DNA of 26,675 nucleotides, taken from the IMG/VR virus record IMGVR_UViG_3300042549_001726, positions 1 to 26,675 of that record; one strand, 5' to 3'. Of the stretch, positions 16,982 to 23,743 are shown piece after piece (position 1 is the first letter of the stretch; each line of letters starts with the position of its first letter). The notes under the pieces are model-generated. The model was not told where the DNA came from and made no database searches. It saw nothing but the letters and a program-made list of their open reading frames with translations. The position numbers and the translations under genes were made by a program. Source of the DNA: a virus. Its lineage: Duplodnaviria; Caudoviricetes.

Positions 16982-17730
16982 CGGAGTGGCTGGGGTGTGG
17001 TGTGTCCACACATGATGATTATTGTTTATGTGATGTTATCATCACTGCCCCTCTTGTCCCAATGACGGAGTGTGTCCGTGACGGTGTGACCGACATGTTT
17101 ATGGGAGAGGAACTCGTTGCTCTTAGAGGCTACGAAGGTGATTGGGACCGTTACAAAATCCTTAATTATTTTGAGGATTTGGTTACATTTTGGGATGCTT
17201 GGCATGCTAATTTATCTCCTGATTTTGTTGCTACATCCCTTCAGGATGTACCGCCGTTGTTTCTTGAACACGAAACTCAACTTTATAAAAAGTGGCAACA
17301 GATTCGTGACAAGGTGCAGTATTGCATGGACAGATTTGACGAATGTCTTGTTGACATTCTAAAGCAAATAAATGTTTCTGCTCAAGAGTTCGCTGACGCT
17401 GCGTGTATTGCTAAAGCAGGGAGCGATTGGGATTATGATAAGGTGCAGAAATTGGATGAGTTGTTTATGAAAACGAACCTTGTGTTTGTTGACATTGCTA
17501 GGGAAATGGATTTGTCTGTGAACATTATAGACGGGATGCGTAAATACTGGCAGCCGAGGCGAACTCGCCTTGGATTCACTGGCGAGAATCAGGCGAAAAT
17601 CTTTTTCAAGCAGTTATGTGGTGACTTAACCTTGTCTAATAAACAGATTGTAACTATGGTGGAAGATGCCTATGGTGTTAAGTATAGTACAGGTGCAATT
17701 TCTAAATGTAGGAAACGGATGATGTCATGA
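16978..17730 (+). CDS. Hypothetical protein, possible C-terminal HTH region
   Basis: 250-aa ORF, ATGA overlap; N-terminal C...H...C.C and C-terminal HTH-like segments (DIAREMDLS; LSNKQI...YGVKYS..AIS). Confidence 0.75.
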   Translation: MTEWLGCGVSTHDDYCLCDVIITAPLVPMTECVRDGVTDMFMGEELVALRGYEGDWDRYKILNYFEDLVTFWDAWHANLSPDFVATSLQDVPPLFLEHETQLYKKWQQIRDKVQYCMDRFDECLVDILKQINVSAQEFADAACIAKAGSDWDYDKVQKLDELFMKTNLVFVDIAREMDLSVNIIDGMRKYWQPRRTRLGFTGENQAKIFFKQLCGDLTLSNKQIVTMVEDAYGVKYSTGAISKCRKRMMS

Positions 17731-17760
17731 TGTCACGATTGCATGGACAAACCCGTACCA

Positions 17761-17791
17761 TTGACTATTGTCCATGTATTATTGCTATTGT
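17761..17791 (+). promoter_or_regulatory. Putative promoter, TTGACT-19nt-TATTGT with extended -10 TG
   Basis: Lies in the intergenic gap and overlaps the inverted repeat CATGGACAA...TTGTCCATG (17742-17776). Confidence 0.45.
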
Positions 17792-17818
17792 TAATGGGGA
17801 CTACCCTCGGAGGAAAAT

Positions 17819-18670
17819 ATGAGATTTGATAAAGAATCAAAAATAGTTTATGTACGCCAGTCATGGTTGAATGATTTAATCATTTGCCCTGAACGGGCAA
17901 GATTAAAACTAGTGAAACCAGAGTTATCTGGTCCGTCAGACGCTACCATTATGGGTACTGCGTTGCATTATGGAATTGAGCAAGTGTTGGCTGGTGCAGA
18001 TGCAACCACCATTGCCACAATCGCTCTTGAATATTGGGAAGAATTAAAAGCGCAGCCCTATAAAGTTACAAACCTTGACCCCGACAAATCGGTAGGTCAG
18101 ATTCAAGGCATGGCTCAAGCCTTTGTAGATGGGATTCTCCCCACCGTTCAACTCGGCGGTGATGTTGAATACAAATTCAAATACCCAATGGGCATAACCG
18201 TTGACGATTGGGAAGTGTGGTGCGAAGGAACCATGGATTACCTGCAACCTGACGGCACAATTTGGGATTGGAAAACATCCTCTAGAACTTATTATGCCAA
18301 AGAAAAACAGTCGCAATCCATTCAGGCAACAGTTTACTGTAGCGCAATGGTGTATGAAGGCAAAACGGCATATCCTGCGGATTTCCGTTATGGCGTTATG
18401 GTCCGTCAAGAAAAACCTAAACCACAAATCGTTTACATGGAACGCACAGCAGAACACGAATCATGGCTTAAACACATGGTAAGACCCGCCATTCAGCAAG
18501 CAACCCGTATTGGCGTTATGGAATCCAACTGGCTGATGAACGACACCTCAGCGTTGTGCTCGGACAAATGGTGCCCATACTGGTCCATGTGTAAAGGTGC
18601 ACACATTTCAGACCGTGGTCTGTCCTTGCCTTTCCAGTCACCTAGCATGATTATTTATGACGCTAGTTGA
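17819..18670 (+). CDS. PD-(D/E)XK RecB/Cas4-like exonuclease
   Basis: S.L.....CP, GTALH..IE, VE, GTMD......IWDWKT, Q...Y, C-terminal C...WC.YW..C cluster. Confidence 0.88.
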   Translation: MRFDKESKIVYVRQSWLNDLIICPERARLKLVKPELSGPSDATIMGTALHYGIEQVLAGADATTIATIALEYWEELKAQPYKVTNLDPDKSVGQIQGMAQAFVDGILPTVQLGGDVEYKFKYPMGITVDDWEVWCEGTMDYLQPDGTIWDWKTSSRTYYAKEKQSQSIQATVYCSAMVYEGKTAYPADFRYGVMVRQEKPKPQIVYMERTAEHESWLKHMVRPAIQQATRIGVMESNWLMNDTSALCSDKWCPYWSMCKGAHISDRGLSLPFQSPSMIIYDAS

Positions 18671-18697
18671 CATTTCCTCCATTAGTGCTGATACACT
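18667..18697 (+). promoter_or_regulatory. Putative promoter, TTGACA-19nt-TACACT with extended -10 TG
   Basis: Consensus -35, TG-A-TACACT, upstream of the 18742 gene. Confidence 0.55.
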
Positions 18698-18741
18698 GAT
18701 GGACAACTCTCCCCAAATAACACACCATAGGAGGTGTACCA

Positions 18742-19194
18742 ATGGTCAGTAAAGACCAATCCATCATCATGCAGGTTGCGGCTAAAATCGCATCCGAATT
18801 GACACCCAAGACAAATGACATGTCAAGCAACATCATGGCTTTTAGCGAAGCCTATGATGCTGTTTGTGAAATTATCCTAACCTCGCAAGGGTTCGGTGTT
18901 CCATCTGCTACAGAAACGGTGCCTCCAGCACCAGTAGCGGATGAACAGTTGTTGATTCAACAGTCATTCCCACAGGCAACTCCGATGACGAGTTCCTCAA
19001 CCGCCACCAGTTTCACTGTGACGATTAAAGGAAAGCAACACGGACCAATCCCTGAGTGGCTTAACGATGCTTGCGCCGTGAAAGGCGTTAGAGAAGTATG
19101 GGACAACCGTGACACAATCGCTGGTAACCCAAAACGCCCTTGGTTTAAATCAACCACAGGAAACGATGCTTTTTGGGCACCACGAGGCAACTAA
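18742..19194 (+). CDS. Hypothetical replication/recombination-associated protein
   Basis: N-terminal I..QVA.K.A.EL helix, Pro/Thr linker, C-terminal VWDNR....NPKRPWFK......FW domain; lies between exonuclease and helicase. Confidence 0.8.
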   Translation: MVSKDQSIIMQVAAKIASELTPKTNDMSSNIMAFSEAYDAVCEIILTSQGFGVPSATETVPPAPVADEQLLIQQSFPQATPMTSSSTATSFTVTIKGKQHGPIPEWLNDACAVKGVREVWDNRDTIAGNPKRPWFKSTTGNDAFWAPRGN

Positions 19195-19212
19195 AAAAAT
19201 AAAAGGAACAAC

Positions 19213-20277
19213 ATGACTCCGAATTTCACGGAGCGTTGGGATGCACTTGGGCGTGGGGAGTTAATCCCCACGCCTGATGTGTCTAACGCCACAAAAACAA
19301 GACAATATTATGAGCCTTTAGTAAAGGCAGCAGACGAGTTTGTTCATTGGGCACAAAACCCCAACGAGCGTGTGTACCTAGGTTTCCCCGACATTGACAA
19401 CGAGATGCGTGGCATCGCACCATCAGAGATGTGCATGATTAACGGTTATAGCCATTCAGGTAAAACTATGTTCCTGCTACAGATTCTATTAGCCAATAGA
19501 AACCTGCCTGTTGTTTACTTCTGTCCTGACGAACCACGGACCTTAACCTTGATTAAGTTGACTTGCATCATGCACGGCATTGACGCTGGTGAATTAGAAA
19601 TGGCTGTAGCCCGTAACGATACGGATGCTATAAAGTTGTTGCGAGAAACCGCTAACGAGTCATTCCCTAAGTTGGCTGTCTTTGACCAGATGATGAGCCT
19701 TAACGAGATGGAACATTCGCTTGGCGAGATTCGTGACATGTGGGGTCAACCTGCTTTGCTTGTCTTTGACTATCTTGACTTGCTCGCTGGTGGTGGTGAG
19801 GACATTCCGTCCAAAGCCAACACGATTAAGTCGTTCGGTAAACGCCATAATATCCCGATGCTGGTTTTGCACCAGTCATCACGCACCGCAGGTGCTGATG
19901 GCAAGAAGCAAACCATCTCATCAGGTGCTTATGGTGGCGAACAACAGGCTACACATATCATTGGTGTACGCCGTAAGAAGTTTGACATTGAAGCACAGAT
20001 TCGTGAGATTGAAGAACGCTTGGACAAATCAAACAACACTGAACGCTTGCTGGAACGGCTAGAAATGTTGCGTTATGATTTGCGTATCCATCAGAACACT
20101 GTCACTATCAACCTTGTAAAGTGTAAACGCCCTGCGTCTAAACTGGTGGATGATGTGGACTTTGAGATTGAACAGGGCACGGGTCGTTTAACACGGCTCA
20201 CAGGTCTGCCTTCAACCATCCCCACAGTGGCAGATTCGTATGAACAACTAGCACTTGCAGATGATGATTGGATTTAG
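19213..20277 (+). CDS. DnaB-like replicative helicase (RecA fold)
   Basis: LGFPDID..MRG, Walker A GYSHSGKT, Walker B LVFDYLDLL, VLHQSSR, EQ.A..IIG, terminal K.K motif. Confidence 0.88.
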   Translation: MTPNFTERWDALGRGELIPTPDVSNATKTRQYYEPLVKAADEFVHWAQNPNERVYLGFPDIDNEMRGIAPSEMCMINGYSHSGKTMFLLQILLANRNLPVVYFCPDEPRTLTLIKLTCIMHGIDAGELEMAVARNDTDAIKLLRETANESFPKLAVFDQMMSLNEMEHSLGEIRDMWGQPALLVFDYLDLLAGGGEDIPSKANTIKSFGKRHNIPMLVLHQSSRTAGADGKKQTISSGAYGGEQQATHIIGVRRKKFDIEAQIREIEERLDKSNNTERLLERLEMLRYDLRIHQNTVTINLVKCKRPASKLVDDVDFEIEQGTGRLTRLTGLPSTIPTVADSYEQLALADDDWI

Positions 20278-20279
20278 TT

Positions 20280-21188
20280 ATGGACATAACAGAGGACCTG
20301 CTTGACAGGTATATAAAACTGTTCAGAGGCAGAGGCGATGTGTACGGTGCCGAAGAAGGCGCTTGCATTAAAGAACCTTTGACTAGAGAAGTGTTCCGCA
20401 ACCACCTTAACGGTGTTGCTCCTATTGGTGTGTACCCGATGGTTCCTTTAAAGGACGACTGGTACACAGTGTGGGGTTGCACGGACATTGATGTTGAGGA
20501 CATGGCTGGAGCCTTTCATCTTGCGTCAGCATTAGAGGCTGGTGGCGTGCAACCTTTCGTGGAGAAGTCTCGTAGCAAGGGCTACCATGTTTGGGTGTTT
20601 GCATCCGAACTGGTGCTGGCACGAGACATGCGCCGTATGATGCTGGCTGCCCATCAGGTAGCCGACTACCCTGCTCGTGAAGTGAACCCTAAGCAGGAGA
20701 CACTTGCAAGCACATCACAGTACGGCAACTATGTACGGCTTCCATATCCTGACTGGTCCAACATGGAGAAACCAAATAGGCGTATAATTACTTCAGCAGG
20801 AGTTGCTGGTTCTTTGGAATCGTTTCTTGATTATGCCGAGGCTCGTTTAGTTTCTCCAGAAACAATTGCCCGTCTGGCATCATATTATCAGCCACCAAAA
20901 CCAAATCTTAGTTTGGTTACCGACCATGAGGAATCAGCAAACCTTAAAGACATTATGAAGCGTTGTTCACCTTTGGCTTATGTTATTTGGCGTGATGGTC
21001 CATTGCCTAATAATGACCGTTCACGAACACTGGCACGACTGGCTCACGAACTTGTTCGTAGTGGACTTCACCCCAGTGAAACCAAACTCATAATCACATC
21101 AGCAGACAAGCGTTGGGGTAAGTACCACATGCGTACTAACGGTGAATTAGAGATTGATAAACTCGTACAACGGGTTTATACAACCTAG
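20280..21188 (+). CDS. Archaeo-eukaryotic (AEP) type primase with C-terminal helical domain
   Basis: HL.G...IGVYP, catalytic DID, SRSKGYHVWVF, E..PKQ....YGN.VRLP; start moved to ATG 20280 just after the helicase stop. Confidence 0.85.
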   Translation: MDITEDLLDRYIKLFRGRGDVYGAEEGACIKEPLTREVFRNHLNGVAPIGVYPMVPLKDDWYTVWGCTDIDVEDMAGAFHLASALEAGGVQPFVEKSRSKGYHVWVFASELVLARDMRRMMLAAHQVADYPAREVNPKQETLASTSQYGNYVRLPYPDWSNMEKPNRRIITSAGVAGSLESFLDYAEARLVSPETIARLASYYQPPKPNLSLVTDHEESANLKDIMKRCSPLAYVIWRDGPLPNNDRSRTLARLAHELVRSGLHPSETKLIITSADKRWGKYHMRTNGELEIDKLVQRVYTT

Positions 21189-21199
21189 AAAGCAGTAAC

Positions 21200-21541
21200 A
21201 TGCAACACACCATCATTATACAGGGTCGCCCCACACCCAAAGGTCGCCCCCGACTAGGACGCAGAGGGCGTGTATTCACACCCGTTAAAACCCTAGAAGC
21301 AGAAGCAAACATTAACGGGGCATGGGTGATGTCTGACGGACCAATCTTTGAAGGTCCAGTACAAATGCGTGTTGTATTCTCCAGCACCGAAACAGAAGTA
21401 ACCGTATTAGATTATGACGGGACACTGTCCAAGTTGCGTGGCGATGTGGACAACTACATTAAAACCCTAATGGATGGTTTAAACGGAGTTGCATGGGCTG
21501 ATGACAAGCAAGTGCATTATGTGGAAGCGTGGAAACAATGA
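21200..21541 (+). CDS. rusA: RusA-family Holliday junction resolvase
   Basis: G.P.PKGRPR......TP..T...E, D.DNY.K..MDGLNG.AW.DD.QV. Confidence 0.92.
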   Translation: MQHTIIIQGRPTPKGRPRLGRRGRVFTPVKTLEAEANINGAWVMSDGPIFEGPVQMRVVFSSTETEVTVLDYDGTLSKLRGDVDNYIKTLMDGLNGVAWADDKQVHYVEAWKQ

Positions 21542-21717
21542 GCCTTGTCCGAGCAGATAAACAACTAGACAATTATACTCGTGCTAAGGCTAGTAACGGC
21601 AAAGAGTTTCTTTGCCGTTTGTGTCAAACATGGAACCCATCATCATCGTATGAGTACAAACGAGATGAAAGCATTCACCTTGCTTTGCGATGTAAAAAGT
21701 GCAGGGACACCAAATGA
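21538..21717 (+). CDS. Small zinc-finger protein
   Basis: ATGA overlap at 21538; CRLC...CKKC. Confidence 0.7.
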   Translation: MSLVRADKQLDNYTRAKASNGKEFLCRLCQTWNPSSSYEYKRDESIHLALRCKKCRDTK

Positions 21718-22217
21718 CCGACACAACTAAGAAACCACCCAAAGGTAAATTTTCAGATTATGATATTCCAGCGAAAAAATTCAATTTCCATGACGACCTC
21801 AAGTTTGGTCACAAGGGTGAGGCGTTGGTTACCGAGTTCCTCTCTGCAATGGAGTCTGGTGCTTTTGAAGTTAAAACCGACAGATACCGTAATGGCAAGA
21901 TGGTCTTGGAGATGGAACATAATCCTAGACTTCGCAAAGACGAAGATGGCAAAGCCGTTTGGGAAAAGTCGGGACTAAATGTTACAAAGGCTGCGTGGTG
22001 GGTTTATGTTTACACATTAAACGGTGCCGAAGGTGCCTTTATAATTGTAAGCGTCCCCCGACTTAAACGCTACCTGAAGTTGAACCCTGAACTTTATAAT
22101 CGCAAAACAATACAAACAATGGCTCGCATGTCAGGAAATCCATCTCGTGGGTTTCTTCTGTTACCTGAGCAGGTCATGGATGTTATGACGAATCCGAGAT
22201 ACGACAATGAAGTATGA
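21714..22217 (+). CDS. Putative PD-(D/E)XK-fold nuclease-like protein
   Basis: F..DL.FG..GE, EVKTD.....G...E, SG...T.A..W.Y pattern; start moved to the ATGA overlap at 21714. Confidence 0.65.
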   Translation: MTDTTKKPPKGKFSDYDIPAKKFNFHDDLKFGHKGEALVTEFLSAMESGAFEVKTDRYRNGKMVLEMEHNPRLRKDEDGKAVWEKSGLNVTKAAWWVYVYTLNGAEGAFIIVSVPRLKRYLKLNPELYNRKTIQTMARMSGNPSRGFLLLPEQVMDVMTNPRYDNEV

Positions 22218-22530
22218 CCCAAGAAAAAGATTAAACCAACACTCAACCGAGTGGGAAGTTTTAATGATGCCTTTCTCCTACGAAATAAAAGTAGAAGAAA
22301 CAAATTGGGAAATGGTTGACATGGTGATTGAATGCATAGCAACCCTAGATGAAGCAGACCAGCGTGTGTTGTACGAAATTTTTTATGATAAAAACACATA
22401 CGAAACCTTAGCGAACAATCTTGGAATTAAAGCCAAGTCTCACGCTTGGCGTAAAACCCAACAGGCGATGGACAAATTGAAACAAGCAATACTTGAACAT
22501 CCTTCGTCAGGAAAATTTAATAGTAAATGA
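22207..22530 (+). CDS. Sigma70 region-4-like HTH protein
   Basis: I..L....Q.VL...FY...TY..LA..LGI......R....AM.KLK pattern; no sigma region 2 visible. Confidence 0.7.
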   Translation: MKYDPRKRLNQHSTEWEVLMMPFSYEIKVEETNWEMVDMVIECIATLDEADQRVLYEIFYDKNTYETLANNLGIKAKSHAWRKTQQAMDKLKQAILEHPSSGKFNSK

Positions 22531-22706
22531 GAAAGCCCAAAATGACAAACATAGAAGAATTAGAAATTCTTTTAGCAACCCTAACAAAAGAAGCGAAGTC
22601 TTACGGACTTCCATTAGCAAGATTAAGTGACATAGATAATGTACGAAAAACCATCAGAGCAGTCCAAGTGGTACGCAAAGAAAAAAGCAGAAGCGTACCG
22701 ACATGA
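22527..22706 (+). CDS. Hypothetical 59-aa helical protein (not in the ORF track)
   Basis: ATGA overlap with the HTH gene; MRKPKMTNIEELEILLATLTKEAKSYGLPLARLSDIDNVRKTIRAVQVVRKEKSRSVPT. Confidence 0.55.
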   Translation: MRKPKMTNIEELEILLATLTKEAKSYGLPLARLSDIDNVRKTIRAVQVVRKEKSRSVPT

Positions 22707-22896
22707 ATTAAACTTCCCCAGCCGCCCGCAGCCAGAATCAACAAAAATTAAAACCATAATGTGGGAAACCGTTGCACACGAACTGGCGTTCGTGATTCAA
22801 CAACTGGAAGAAAACCCTAAAGATATTAAAACATGGAAAAAGGTTTGGCGTGCCTTGACCGTATATGAGAATGTGTGCAGGCGTGACGGACAGTAA
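22639..22896 (+). CDS. Hypothetical protein (start uncertain, possibly ATG 22759)
   Basis: ORF in the operon; the helical C-terminal half (MWETVAHELAFVIQQL...) looks coding. Confidence 0.55.
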   Translation: MYEKPSEQSKWYAKKKAEAYRHELNFPSRPQPESTKIKTIMWETVAHELAFVIQQLEENPKDIKTWKKVWRALTVYENVCRRDGQ

Positions 22897-23071
22897 CATG
22901 GACTTCCCTCGTGCCCATCCCGACTGTGACCACTGTGGGACAGTATCACGAGCCTTGGTTAATTGGGCGCAGACAGTACACGATTTATGTCCATGCCTTT
23001 GCCACATACACAAAACAAGTAAAGCCCGTGCAACTGAACCTAAGCCCAAAGCCAAAGGTAAGAAACGATGA
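22883..23071 (+). CDS. Small Cys/His-rich metal-binding protein
   Basis: HPDCDHC...HDLCPCLCH plus basic tail; start GTG 22883 or ATG 22898. Confidence 0.65.
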   Translation: MTDSNMDFPRAHPDCDHCGTVSRALVNWAQTVHDLCPCLCHIHKTSKARATEPKPKAKGKKR

Positions 23072-23304
23072 GTGGCTTTAACCCTGACGATATGGAAGAA
23101 CTAGAACGAATCTTCGCACGAACAGTGGAAGATTCGGAGAACGGTTATATAGTTGAATTTCATTTATCCAAACTGGCAGCGAAAGAAATGGTTGAAGAAT
23201 GGATGGAAGGTTTAATGGGCGACAGAGCCGCCATTAAATCATGGATGCATAACTACAGTTATATTGTGGAATCTATTATGGAGCAACTACAGGCAGACGA
23301 TTAG
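23068..23304 (+). CDS. Hypothetical acidic protein; last gene of the plus-strand block
   Basis: 78 aa, ATGA overlap; its 3' end overlaps the convergent endolysin gene by 29 nt. Confidence 0.7.
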   Translation: MSGFNPDDMEELERIFARTVEDSENGYIVEFHLSKLAAKEMVEEWMEGLMGDRAAIKSWMHNYSYIVESIMEQLQADD

Positions 23305-23743
23305 CCAAAGGGGTATTTTTTGCCCATGCTGTTTTGGTAGTTTCAATATGCAACCAAGCAGCCCATGCCTGCCCCATGCCGTGAGAGTTAGGCTCTGCTT
23401 TGTGCCAGCCACGCTTTGGAGTCCAGATTACACAACCGACATAATCCACAATCATCTGCACACCGTACTGTGCAGAATTGTCAACAAATTCCTTCATAGC
23501 CTTTTTACCAGCAGCCCGTGTTGGGTAACGCCAATCAATCGCAGCCCCAAAATAATGCGTGGACAATGAACCGCCACCACGAACCTCACGCTTATTCACA
23601 ATACCAACACTGGTACCGCCATAACGCTTCAACAAATGGTCCTTGTATGCCTCAACATTAGGACTAGCCTTTCCCCCAAAACGAACCTTGTCAACCTTGT
23701 TTGATTTCTGCCAATTATATTCATCTGTTTTATTAACGGTCAT
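23276..23743 (-). CDS. Peptidase M15-like (Zn LAS/Hedgehog fold) endolysin
   Basis: R..RGG.SLSTHYFGAAID (SxHxxGxAxD) and WLHIE zinc ligands; TAATG-coupled to the giant gene. Confidence 0.8.
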   Translation of the reverse strand: MTVNKTDEYNWQKSNKVDKVRFGGKASPNVEAYKDHLLKRYGGTSVGIVNKREVRGGGSLSTHYFGAAIDWRYPTRAAGKKAMKEFVDNSAQYGVQMIVDYVGCVIWTPKRGWHKAEPNSHGMGQAWAAWLHIETTKTAWAKNTPLANRLPVVAP

